A stretch of 55,589 nt of DNA from a virus (Duplodnaviria; Caudoviricetes), in the IMG/VR virus record IMGVR_UViG_3300043400_000016, positions 1 to 55,589 of that record, one strand, 5' to 3'. Every line of letters starts with the position of its first letter. Position 1 is the first letter of the stretch. Position numbers and translations under genes: made by a program. The notes below the pieces were generated by a model that was not told where the DNA came from, ran no database searches, and saw only the letters and a list, made by a program, of their open reading frames with translations. Below, in pieces: positions 33,538 through 43,103 of this stretch.

Positions 33538-33932
33538 GCAGTAGAACTATCCTTAGTGGCACCACTAGAAGCGTTGTGGCTTGTAACTCTGCGATCATAG
33601 ATTTATCTCTTGGATTTGACAACCTATTCGTTCGCCGCCGAATAGTGCTAAAAAGTGTAGATGTTCCGGATGTTCTCATGGAGGCCTGCAAGCATGCTCT
33701 CATAGTTCTTATTGGCGGGCAAAAAAGCGTCGTAGCAGATCTAGACGGTACAAGTGGAGAAGTTTTGTTTGGTGAAATTTATCTTCGTGAAAAACTACGC
33801 GGAGAGCCTATGGTAGAACTTCGAGATATTGGTAATGGTCACGGACACGGGTTGCCAATGTCTCCTATTCTCCGTGGCATTATCTCAGGAGACATCAACA
33901 TGGTGGATATCCGGCAAACCCTGAACGGTTAG
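33534..33932 (+). CDS. hypothetical protein
   Basis: 132-aa ORF, ATGA overlap. Confidence 0.55.
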   Translation: MSSRTILSGTTRSVVACNSAIIDLSLGFDNLFVRRRIVLKSVDVPDVLMEACKHALIVLIGGQKSVVADLDGTSGEVLFGEIYLREKLRGEPMVELRDIGNGHGHGLPMSPILRGIISGDINMVDIRQTLNG

Positions 33933-33945
33933 GAGCCCCTAGGCC

Positions 33946-34536
33946 ATGCCTTATCTGCCTCCTAATTTTCTCAATGAAACAGTCATGCCGACTGCTCAAG
34001 GGTATGATCTAAACTTAGCAATTAGTTTTATTGAGGAACGGTGGCAGCGTTTCTATACGTCCGTCCAGTACTACACTATTATCAAGCCGTTCACTGCTAC
34101 CCCGACAGATAGTTTTATCGTCCACAAGTCTGGTTCGACCGCCTTTGACTCACTGTATGGCGAGGCCGTAGATGTGTCTATGGCGACGACTGGTTGGAAA
34201 CAGGCTCATGGAAATAGCGGATTAGCTACTGTTGACGTTGAAAGATATGATGAGCCTGTCGGTATTAGCGCCAGGGTTCCGCGTAGAGACCCAGATACGG
34301 GACTTTACCAGTATGGGTTTGACCGGGTTCGCAAAATGGATATAGGCGCTGAGGTTGTTATTCCAGCGTCACTTCTTGATCGTTTTGGTATTACTTGCCA
34401 GGCTGGTGACAAATTGGTATGGGATGGTGACGAGTACATAGTAAAACAAGAAACTTCGTGCGGGTATTGGAAAAACACAAATATTCGGCTTTACGTGAAG
34501 ATCATGTGCGAACACCGCCGTAGGCAGAGTTCATAA
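33946..34536 (+). CDS. head-closure protein (T4 gp14-like)
   Basis: DSLYGEA, YGFD, GDKLVWDG.EY.V; position in neck cluster. Confidence 0.65.
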   Translation: MPYLPPNFLNETVMPTAQGYDLNLAISFIEERWQRFYTSVQYYTIIKPFTATPTDSFIVHKSGSTAFDSLYGEAVDVSMATTGWKQAHGNSGLATVDVERYDEPVGISARVPRRDPDTGLYQYGFDRVRKMDIGAEVVIPASLLDRFGITCQAGDKLVWDGDEYIVKQETSCGYWKNTNIRLYVKIMCEHRRRQSS

Positions 34537-36161
34537 TGAGCGCCCCTTATTCAGTCGAAAACAGCATCCGTGTTCATGATGAAGCAATTTATAACTGGCT
34601 TCAGGGTCTGCACGTTGACTACGGAATAATAAACGGACAGGATAAGACTAACGCTTCTATTTTGACAGTCTTCGCATCGCCCGACCGGGCATTTGCTACT
34701 ATCTATGACATGGTAACAAAGAACGGGTTCGTTGCTCCTAGTACTAATGACTCTGAAACTCGTGCCAACATTGACAGTATTCTAAAAGTTTTGCCGCTAC
34801 CAGTCGCCACGATTGAGCGTTTGGAGCCGGTTCCTTTGCGTGAGCTAAACCATGCTCCCGCTAAAGATCCAAGATCATATTTTGATCCTACTACAGGGCA
34901 GTGGATATCGTGGAGCGCTCCAACTACTTACCAATGTGATTATGCCGTAACATTTTGGTCACTGAAGCAAAGCACCGATGTATTCATACGTGACTGGGTT
35001 TACGGGCAGCTCGGTATTATCGGTAGCGGTAACTACGAAACATTCATTCCGGTTCAGCACAACCCTGCGATAGGGATATCTAACCAATCGTTAAAACTTG
35101 TAAGCTCAACCAATCTATCGTACCTTGAAGGCTTGAGCCAGCGTTATATACGCACTCGGTTTGTCTTCTCGTTACGTATGCTGATATTTAAGAATCTTCC
35201 AAGTGATATCGCCCCCGGTTCAGAATTCCTCGGTAACGCTACTGGCGCTTTTGCGGGCATGAACGCTGCTCAGCCAATTTTTAATGTCGGGGTTAACGTC
35301 GTGGTCCCCAAAGGTGACGGGGTTGTTACGTACAGCGAAGATGCAATTGACGCGCTGCGATTAACCGGAAGTTACACCGGCAATCTATACCGGTACAATA
35401 ATAATTTGTATTACCCGTGGAATCTCTACGGTAACGCTACAGCGGGCTATTCGCAACTGTATCCTAGCGGCGTAGCTGTTACTCCGGATGCCCGGTACTC
35501 TTTGCGAGGCACGCTGAGTGCTGAATCTGACGCAGTAGAGATCATAACGACCCCAGTTTTACAAGAGGCTGACGGGTCTGCTTTAGTACTATTCTACATG
35601 TACTATACGTCAGACCAGCCAGTGCTGTTCAACGTTAATAACGTAGACCCGACTTCATTAGTTAGAACCGTGGCACTATCGACGGCACTTCCGGCTACTG
35701 GTGGGGCATGGCAGAGAATGCGTGTATACGCTGTCGTCACCAGTTCATTGATGTCTGCGGGCTTTTACGGGTCAGCCACGCAAACAGTGTTTGCGATAGC
35801 TAAAGGCGATGTCAGGCAGAAGGCATGGTATTCAGTGTCCCCTAGTTATACGCCGGTTATTACGACCGCTGGCTCTAATACAGTCTACACATTCACGGTG
35901 CCCGCCGGCACCACGTATCTAGCGACCATTAAGCTATCCTCTGCTGCTAGCGCAGACTTCGCAGTAGCGGTGAACAATTCTATAAGTGGCGCTACTTACT
36001 CTAAGACTAATATTGTAAAATCTGGAACCGGTGTAGGGGCTGTTTTCTTAGTGCAGCCTGTTGCTACCACTTTTACGATAACCATTCCTGCCTCCGTCAC
36101 GGTTGCATCAGTCACCGCCAAAGGATACTCAGGACCGTACTACCCTAGCGACTTGGGCTAA
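34536..36161 (+). CDS. tail terminator/completion protein (gp15-like) with C-terminal beta-rich extension
   Basis: LPLPVATIER, P.TYQ.DY.VTFWS, RYIRTRF.F.L; upstream of sheath. Confidence 0.6.
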   Translation: MSAPYSVENSIRVHDEAIYNWLQGLHVDYGIINGQDKTNASILTVFASPDRAFATIYDMVTKNGFVAPSTNDSETRANIDSILKVLPLPVATIERLEPVPLRELNHAPAKDPRSYFDPTTGQWISWSAPTTYQCDYAVTFWSLKQSTDVFIRDWVYGQLGIIGSGNYETFIPVQHNPAIGISNQSLKLVSSTNLSYLEGLSQRYIRTRFVFSLRMLIFKNLPSDIAPGSEFLGNATGAFAGMNAAQPIFNVGVNVVVPKGDGVVTYSEDAIDALRLTGSYTGNLYRYNNNLYYPWNLYGNATAGYSQLYPSGVAVTPDARYSLRGTLSAESDAVEIITTPVLQEADGSALVLFYMYYTSDQPVLFNVNNVDPTSLVRTVALSTALPATGGAWQRMRVYAVVTSSLMSAGFYGSATQTVFAIAKGDVRQKAWYSVSPSYTPVITTAGSNTVYTFTVPAGTTYLATIKLSSAASADFAVAVNNSISGATYSKTNIVKSGTGVGAVFLVQPVATTFTITIPASVTVASVTAKGYSGPYYPSDLG

Positions 36162-36166
36162 TCACT

Positions 36167-36370
36167 ATGAAGATCATCCTGCATAACCCAGAAGCTCACG
36201 GGATATGTGTATCCTACTTTGATAGCGAGGAGCCGACAAAACTTCACTCCCTGTTCGTTCCCGGTAACGGTAATAGCGAGCCTGTCGAGCGGTCAAATCT
36301 TACCGATCATGCCAACGGCCTGATCGCCACCGGAACTCTCTCAATTGTTCCGGTTCCAGAAGCTGAATAA
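36167..36370 (+). CDS. small hypothetical protein preceding the sheath
   Basis: 67-aa ORF filling the gap. Confidence 0.6.
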   Translation: MKIILHNPEAHGICVSYFDSEEPTKLHSLFVPGNGNSEPVERSNLTDHANGLIATGTLSIVPVPEAE

Positions 36371-36390
36371 TCTTTTACAAGGCGTGTATC

Positions 36391-38499
36391 ATGGCCGTTT
36401 CAACCCCAGTCTCTGCTGGCATATACGTGCGTGAGTTTGACTACTCCGACTATGCTACACTTCTTAGCACTACTATTCTTGCTGTCGTTGGCGGTGCGAC
36501 CAAAGGGCCTATAAACACCCCGACAGTAATTAATAGCGAACAGCAGCTTGTTCAGATTTTCGGTGCGCCAACTCTCGGCCTGTACAATGCCAGTGACTAC
36601 GGCTTGCTCTCAGCTATCCGCTTCTTGAAGCAGGGGAACCGGCTTCTATATACTCGTATATCCTCCGTGGCAACCCCAGCCGTTTCCGCGACGTGTACTA
36701 TCTCCGGTGGAAACGGGGCCGTAACTAGTCTGGGGACTGTTACTGGCGGTAATCTGTATACTAACGGAACGTATAATAACGTCCCGCTCACTGGTGGGTC
36801 TGGTACGGGCGCTACTGCAAATATTGTCGTAGCACTAGGAGCAGTGACAACTGTAACCCTTACCGCTGGTGGCATAAATTACGCAGTTGGAAATACGCTA
36901 TCTGCTGCTGCTTCTAGCATCGGAGGTACCGGAACGGGCTTTACTGTTCCGGTGGCTACTATCGGGATTGCTTCTTCTGGAAGTGCCGGCCTTGTTATAT
37001 CGGCTATCAGCCCTGGTAGTTGGGGAAACAGCCTGCGATACCAGATACTCCCTTATGGCGTAATAAACGGTCAGTATGGGGCAACCACAACTGACTTCGT
37101 CGGTAGAATGACCGGGGCCACGGGCACTCCTGGTAATATTTCTGCAATTGCTTCCTCAGCATCAGTTGTTCCAAATAGCCCGTACTACAGTGCGTCCTAT
37201 TTTGATCTTATTGTCTATTCTTACGATACCGCTAGCGCAACGTATACTCAGGTTGAGCGGTTTAATAATTTATCAACCGACAGCAATAATGAACGGTATA
37301 TCGTAAATATCCTGGCCTTTGGCAAGAGTGGCGAGACAGCTGGATCGCAGTATGTTTCCGCTAGGATAACCAATACCAACGGTGGTACGGTTTCCCAGGC
37401 TTTTACCGGTACAAACGGTACTAATTGGCAACCGTTGTACTACGGGGTATCCGCACAGGGCAGTCCCGTTTCGGGGTCTGACGGTATTCCGGTTTATAAT
37501 TCTGCTGACTACCTTGCTTCGTATATCGGTGTCACAGCCCCGACCCCTACCGGACTCCAGGCACTGTCAAATCCGGAAACCACTGAGTTCAACGTACTCA
37601 TGGCTCCCGGCGCAGCTTTTGCTTCGGTCATCGGTACCGGTGCCGCTGGCGGCTCTGGTATGTTAGATATTGCCACGAAGCGGGGTGACTGTTTTGTTCT
37701 TGTTGACCCTCCGTTCGGTCTTGCCGGTACGAATCCGAGCAATGCATCGTTAAATTATGCTTCGTATGTCACGGCGTGGCATAACGGTACCATAAATGGC
37801 CAGCCGTTCTCCACTTCTGCTTATCCAAATGCCCCCAGTGCTCCGCTAGATTCCAGTTACGGAGCCGTATTTGCTCCGTGGGTCCAAGTTTTTGATAGCT
37901 ACATCAAGCAGACCATCTGGCTCCCGCCTTCGGCATTCGTTGCTGCGGCTCTCGCATACAACGATTCCGTCAACGGCCCTTGGGCTATTCCGGCTGGATA
38001 TACCCGCGGCAAGATTGCCGGTATCAAGGGCGAAGTTACCCCCAGCCAAGCTGACCGTGATCTGATGTGCGGTATAAACACGACTAACCGTGCTAACCCT
38101 ATCACTCAATTCTATAACTCCGGTCTTCTCGTATGGGGTAATCGCACTCTCCAGCGTAAACAGACTGCACTGACCAATATCCATACTCGCCGTATGCTCC
38201 TCTATGCCGAGAAACTGGTCGCGACAACCACCCAGTATCTGACGTTTGAGCCTAATGATACGACAACGTGGCGTAAGTTCACCGCGCTGGTAAACCCTAT
38301 CCTCGCTCGTATTGCTTCGGCGCGGGGCCTAGAAACATTCAAAGTTATCTGTGACGCCACAACCAACCCGCCTGCCCAGCGCCAGAATAAGACGATGAAC
38401 GGCAAGATACTCATTGCCGCTATGGAAGGTGCTGAGATCATTACTGAGGATTTCGTTATCTTCGGTGCAGGCACCACGTTCGGCAATACGTCGGTCTAA
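36391..38499 (+). CDS. contractile tail sheath protein (gp18-like)
   Basis: SAGIYVREFD, KGPINTP, PWAIPAG.TRG, VWGNRTL, I.TRRMLL, FEPND..TW, FKVICD..TNP. Confidence 0.95.
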   Translation: MAVSTPVSAGIYVREFDYSDYATLLSTTILAVVGGATKGPINTPTVINSEQQLVQIFGAPTLGLYNASDYGLLSAIRFLKQGNRLLYTRISSVATPAVSATCTISGGNGAVTSLGTVTGGNLYTNGTYNNVPLTGGSGTGATANIVVALGAVTTVTLTAGGINYAVGNTLSAAASSIGGTGTGFTVPVATIGIASSGSAGLVISAISPGSWGNSLRYQILPYGVINGQYGATTTDFVGRMTGATGTPGNISAIASSASVVPNSPYYSASYFDLIVYSYDTASATYTQVERFNNLSTDSNNERYIVNILAFGKSGETAGSQYVSARITNTNGGTVSQAFTGTNGTNWQPLYYGVSAQGSPVSGSDGIPVYNSADYLASYIGVTAPTPTGLQALSNPETTEFNVLMAPGAAFASVIGTGAAGGSGMLDIATKRGDCFVLVDPPFGLAGTNPSNASLNYASYVTAWHNGTINGQPFSTSAYPNAPSAPLDSSYGAVFAPWVQVFDSYIKQTIWLPPSAFVAAALAYNDSVNGPWAIPAGYTRGKIAGIKGEVTPSQADRDLMCGINTTNRANPITQFYNSGLLVWGNRTLQRKQTALTNIHTRRMLLYAEKLVATTTQYLTFEPNDTTTWRKFTALVNPILARIASARGLETFKVICDATTNPPAQRQNKTMNGKILIAAMEGAEIITEDFVIFGAGTTFGNTSV

Positions 38500-38515
38500 A
38501 AAGTAGGAATACACC

Positions 38516-39097
38516 ATGGCTTATCCAAATGATTTGACCGCTAATCACGTTGGCGCTGCTGGAACGAGTAATAGCTATGAACCGCAGCGTCAGAATAACG
38601 CTACATTATACATTTATAATGTAACTGGCGGTACCGGCGGTGGTGACGACGTTCTTCAGCTTTCGCTGAAATCGTTTACTGGCCCTACCGTAAGTAATGA
38701 TGTGAAGCAAGTTCGCTACATGAACGAGGCGCGAAAGTTTGCTGGAGTTCCTAACTTCGGTGACATGGACGTAATGTACCACGACTACGTAGACGTAGCT
38801 ATTGTTCCCCTGTTGCTGAATTGGCGTGCCCAAGTGTACGACCCGACTAACGGTAAGATCGGTTTCAAGAAGAACTACGCCAAACGTGCCGATGTTATTA
38901 TGTTTGCGCCAGACAGCACACTATCTCGAACATACAATATTCTCGGTATCTGGCCAGCCTCGTTCAACCACGCCCCGTTTGACCAAGACTCAGATGATCT
39001 CGTTATGATCTCTATGCGCCTATGTGTTGATAAATGGGTTGCGGGTGACGGTTTTGGTTCTCTAGCTACCAACATCAGCGGGCAATTTGGATCTTAA
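38516..39097 (+). CDS. tail tube protein (gp19-like)
   Basis: YEPQRQN, RKFAG, W...VYDP.NGKIG.K.NY.K, GIWP. Confidence 0.9.
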   Translation: MAYPNDLTANHVGAAGTSNSYEPQRQNNATLYIYNVTGGTGGGDDVLQLSLKSFTGPTVSNDVKQVRYMNEARKFAGVPNFGDMDVMYHDYVDVAIVPLLLNWRAQVYDPTNGKIGFKKNYAKRADVIMFAPDSTLSRTYNILGIWPASFNHAPFDQDSDDLVMISMRLCVDKWVAGDGFGSLATNISGQFGS

Positions 39098-39152
39098 CTT
39101 TGCAAGAACATAATAACTGCAAACAGCGTTTGCAGGCATAGGAAATATAACC

Positions 39153-39875
39153 ATGGCTAACGCCACGACTAAAAAATTTACTCTTCCGTCTTTGGGTAAG
39201 TTCTATGGCGACCGTCTTCCAGGCGGCACCGTAGAAGTCCGTAAGATGACTATTTCAGAACTTTCAATACTTGAACAGGGCCACATTGACGTTCGTATGG
39301 AGGAGGTCATTAAGCGTTGCTCTCTGCTTCCTGACGGGCTTTCGCCTAACGAGCTGCTATCGTCTGACCGTATGTATCTCCTCTTCGCTATTCGCTCGTA
39401 CTCGTTCAGTGCTCAATATATGTATGATTACAAGTGCCCAAGCTGTGGTGCCCGCAATGATAAAGTCTGTGATTTGCTGACTGATCTTACCATCAAGAAC
39501 CCAGACGAGAACTGTGTAGAGCCTATCACGGTACACTTGGCAGACGCGGAGTGTTCGGTTGATCTGCGCTTCCTGCGAGGGTCTGACGAGGAAGCTATTC
39601 GCAAGGCCAAACTTACCCAGCTTAACACTAGCGAGCACATTCTTACCCTGGAGCGCCAGATCATCGCCAAGGATGGAAATCCGTTGACCGCCGCTGAGAA
39701 AGCTATCTTCGTGCGTCAGCTTACTGCTGCGGATGTTATTCGCATAAAGAACAGGCTTGAAGCTTTGGAATCTGGAATGTCCACTAATGTAAAGCCTGTA
39801 TGCGTAAAGTGTAGCGAGGAGACCGAAATGGGGTTGCCGATTGGGCGTGAATTCTTTCGCCCTTCCAATCTATGA
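39153..39875 (+). CDS. baseplate hub assembly chaperone (gp26-like)
   Basis: LPS.GKFY, DR.YLLFAIR..S, CPSC and CVKC, C-terminal FF. Confidence 0.75.
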   Translation: MANATTKKFTLPSLGKFYGDRLPGGTVEVRKMTISELSILEQGHIDVRMEEVIKRCSLLPDGLSPNELLSSDRMYLLFAIRSYSFSAQYMYDYKCPSCGARNDKVCDLLTDLTIKNPDENCVEPITVHLADAECSVDLRFLRGSDEEAIRKAKLTQLNTSEHILTLERQIIAKDGNPLTAAEKAIFVRQLTAADVIRIKNRLEALESGMSTNVKPVCVKCSEETEMGLPIGREFFRPSNL

Positions 39876-40047
39876 TCTTGAAACAGTAAGAGAGAACACG
39901 TTCTTTTTATGTTACGCCGGTAAGGGTGGCTATAATACTGATGCAATTGGGCGTATGTTCGTTGAGGACTTCAACTGGCATGTACAGCGCTTGATTAAAC
40001 AATTAAAGCAGGAAACCGACGCAATAAAGAACAGCCGTAAACGCTAG
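39841..40047 (+). CDS. gp51-like small tail/hub assembly protein, start uncertain
   Basis: F.L.Y..KGG.....I.RM...F.W...RL..Q...E pattern; lies between gp26-like and tape measure. Confidence 0.55.
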   Translation: MGVNSFALPIYDLETVRENTFFLCYAGKGGYNTDAIGRMFVEDFNWHVQRLIKQLKQETDAIKNSRKR

Positions 40048-40062
40048 CTAGAGGAAGTTGCC

Positions 40063-42096
40063 GTGTCTAACATCGTGGATTTTGTAGCCAAGTTAAACAC
40101 GGCAGGATTCTTTTCTTCATCTCGGGATATCCTTAAAGAATCTAACAAGATTCGTGAAGAGTTAAACAAGGCCTCGCAGTCATTTCTAAATACAAATGAC
40201 CAAAAAAGAATTGTTGATTCTTTAGATAAGATCCGTGACGTAATTGGCCGCGACAAATCGTCTGGAATGCAGAGCGCATTTCAAAATATCGCTGCTGGTG
40301 TTAATGCTGCTAGTTTGGCTCAAACTAAGTTGGCTCTTGGGGTCGGTAAAGCTTCGGAGAACGCCAAAGAGTTAAATAAGTGGAACACGTACATCAAGAA
40401 CAACATGCAAGATGTTGCTCAGATATACGGTACTCTTAACACGCAAGGGCAATTGATGACCGGTAATGCGGTCATGTACAATTTAGAGCTATCTAGAAGC
40501 CTCCAGCAACTAGAAAAAATGAATGAGAAGGCTAATTCTATAACGGCCAAATTCGCCGTTCTTCGTGGTGCTGGTGATGCCGTTCGTGATGTATTTAACA
40601 CTGGCGCTATTGGTTCCATGAACAATTCGGTGATGAGCAGCATAGGCGACGAGATGGCTCTTACTTCCCAAATTGGAAGAAGCGGCGTGGCGAGTATACT
40701 ACAGGGCGCTCAGGGTATGAACGCCGGACAACCGTGGTGGAAGAATAAATATAACGTCAGCGGTGGTCTGAGCATTGGTGCGATGCTTATGCAACAGCAT
40801 GCTGACCAGGGAACGATTATGAAGTCAGCTAATGCCGGGGGTCTCGGTGTTCAGGCCGGTATTAGTACAGACTCTGAAATGGTTCAGCTAATGATGGCTC
40901 TGTCAGCGTACGGGCCAGAGCTATCGGCTAGTGATAGAATGACTATCCTTGCGCAGATTCAGGCGGCTTCTAAGGCCGGTGGTGCAACCACGGGGTCAAC
41001 CACGACAGCCCTAACAAGTTTTCTTTCGACAAACGCTGGTTTTATGTCGGGAATGGGGGCTGCTACCGGCGCTACTAGTCTGCTGGCCGCTGCTTCCGGC
41101 ACAGGCGCTGGTCCGCAATTAGCCAACGTAATATCTACCCTCATAACAAAGGGTCGGAAGAACGCCGGGTCTGACGAGGCTAGAGCTTTGGAGATTCTTT
41201 TCAAGAAAAGCTCAGGGGAAATCGACAAGATGGTCGATACCGGTGATTACTCTGGTCTTCGGTTAAATTCAAACTTCCTTGGAGCTATTGGCAAAGACAA
41301 GAAAGCTTCTGTTCTTCTGAATGAGTTGCTAAAGTCTGTCGGACTTGATACCAATGCCTTGTCTGTGGCTCTTCCAGCTTTCAACGCAAGTATGGAAAGA
41401 ACAGAGAGGCTGCGAGTTCGCCCAGAAGACGCCCAGCAGCAATTGCTTAAGAGTCTTGAGGATTCCCGTGACGCTTTTACAAATTTAACCGAGTCCCTAA
41501 AAGCAACGGTAACTCAGAGTGAGAATTTTAGAAATATCTTCCTAGGAATAAACGGGATCGGCAACATGCTGTCCGGGGTGGCTACTTCTCTAATTTCTAT
41601 AATTACTCTTCTAAATAGCTGGAAAGTACTTAAAGAACTTAAGACTCTTAAGGATGGGGCGACGGCCGCGACGATCGCTAAGGACGCAGCCTCTGTCGGG
41701 GGCATAACTGCTGGCAGCGCACTGGCCGTCGCTGGGGGTACAGCCATAGTCGCTACAGTAGCTAGTGGCATCTACAGCATGATTGACGACCAAATAAATA
41801 ATGGTGGTAAGGGTGCGTGGGGCGCTACACAGGCTATGGGCGGTGGTTGGGCTAACCCAGCACTGTTTAAGTCGAACGCGCCACCGGTCTCTCAGCCTAC
41901 AATGCCAAGCGACGAAGAACTTAAGAAAGCTGCCCCAGGACTTGGCAGTACTCCGGCCCAGGGTGGAGCTTTGCATGCACATCGACCATCAATGTCGCCA
42001 ACTTCCCAATTGGCAGACAGAGTAGCAGTAGTTACTGGCGATCCACATGCCGTAGCCATCGCTAACTTTAATCGTATTCCTGGATCTAATAACTAA
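40063..42096 (+). CDS. tape measure protein
   Basis: 677 aa, Ala/Gly/Ser-rich helical with hydrophobic segments; canonical position. Confidence 0.75.
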   Translation: MSNIVDFVAKLNTAGFFSSSRDILKESNKIREELNKASQSFLNTNDQKRIVDSLDKIRDVIGRDKSSGMQSAFQNIAAGVNAASLAQTKLALGVGKASENAKELNKWNTYIKNNMQDVAQIYGTLNTQGQLMTGNAVMYNLELSRSLQQLEKMNEKANSITAKFAVLRGAGDAVRDVFNTGAIGSMNNSVMSSIGDEMALTSQIGRSGVASILQGAQGMNAGQPWWKNKYNVSGGLSIGAMLMQQHADQGTIMKSANAGGLGVQAGISTDSEMVQLMMALSAYGPELSASDRMTILAQIQAASKAGGATTGSTTTALTSFLSTNAGFMSGMGAATGATSLLAAASGTGAGPQLANVISTLITKGRKNAGSDEARALEILFKKSSGEIDKMVDTGDYSGLRLNSNFLGAIGKDKKASVLLNELLKSVGLDTNALSVALPAFNASMERTERLRVRPEDAQQQLLKSLEDSRDAFTNLTESLKATVTQSENFRNIFLGINGIGNMLSGVATSLISIITLLNSWKVLKELKTLKDGATAATIAKDAASVGGITAGSALAVAGGTAIVATVASGIYSMIDDQINNGGKGAWGATQAMGGGWANPALFKSNAPPVSQPTMPSDEELKKAAPGLGSTPAQGGALHAHRPSMSPTSQLADRVAVVTGDPHAVAIANFNRIPGSNN

Positions 42097-42120
42097 CTGC
42101 AAACACTGTTTGAGTAAACT

Positions 42121-42747
42121 ATGGCACTTCGCTCTATTGGTGACACTACGATTGTAGCCACGGACACGCAGGATTCGTCTATCCGTATAGACATTGACCC
42201 TGACTGGGTTGGCTACGGTCCTACAATTCTTAGTAATGTCCTGGATTCTCTGTACACTCAAAACTCACTCAATGTTCCGTTCTTCGATACTAGCCGTGGT
42301 ATAAGCGAAAGTTCAAAACCATCGTATTCTAACGTGTCAATACTTGGGCGATTAGAAGATATTATGGTATACACTGGGGCAACCAATAGAACTGTTCCTA
42401 TGCAATTCCATTTCCAAGTTCAGGGAACCCAATTCACCGACATTGAAGACGCCTGTATGCATGAAGTTATATCCCCGGCTAGATGGCTGGACGCTTTGAA
42501 ATACACCGTAACTTCTCCGGAGGGAGTAGTCTACAACCCGCCTTCGGTTATCCTAATGATCGGGCAACTGTTAACTATGCGTGCTCTTGTGACATCATGT
42601 AACATAACTTGGGAAGCCCCATTCACACCGGAAAAATTGTACCCCACATCGGCGGTTGTTGATATTGTATTCTCTTCAAGCTCACTTAATCCTAAGCGCT
42701 ACTCTGGGACTAACACCGGTAACGGCTCCCTGAGATTCCGTAGCTAA
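42121..42747 (+). CDS. tail tube initiator/baseplate protein
   Basis: ISES..PSY...ILGR.E..MVY.G..NR and PP...L.IG motifs. Confidence 0.7.
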   Translation: MALRSIGDTTIVATDTQDSSIRIDIDPDWVGYGPTILSNVLDSLYTQNSLNVPFFDTSRGISESSKPSYSNVSILGRLEDIMVYTGATNRTVPMQFHFQVQGTQFTDIEDACMHEVISPARWLDALKYTVTSPEGVVYNPPSVILMIGQLLTMRALVTSCNITWEAPFTPEKLYPTSAVVDIVFSSSSLNPKRYSGTNTGNGSLRFRS

Positions 42748-42758
42748 AGGAAGTAATT

Positions 42759-43103
42759 ATGGTTACTATATCTCTGCCAAAGAACACGCGGTATAAAGAC
42801 ACTTCTGTATTCTCTGAAGTAGTCTACAATAATACGTCATTCGGCCTGTGGCAGCCACCCACTGAATTTCAGTCACCGGATAACTCGTGGAACATCTATA
42901 CGGTTACGAGGGCGGATGTTGGTTTTTTGGATAGGGTAGCATTTCTTACGTATGGTGACGGCTATGAATTTATGTGGTGGGCTATAGCTCAGGCTAACAA
43001 GATACTTGACCCCGAGGTGGATATGTACGTCGGGCAAAGCCTAACTATACCGCCGCTACAGACTGTTCTAACTTTTGTAGCAAGGGCACCAGTAAATGCC
43101 TAA
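42759..43103 (+). CDS. LysM-like baseplate wedge protein (gp53/gpX-like)
   Basis: LDRVAF.TYGD....WWAIAQAN.I.DP......GQ.L.IP. Confidence 0.8.
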   Translation: MVTISLPKNTRYKDTSVFSEVVYNNTSFGLWQPPTEFQSPDNSWNIYTVTRADVGFLDRVAFLTYGDGYEFMWWAIAQANKILDPEVDMYVGQSLTIPPLQTVLTFVARAPVNA

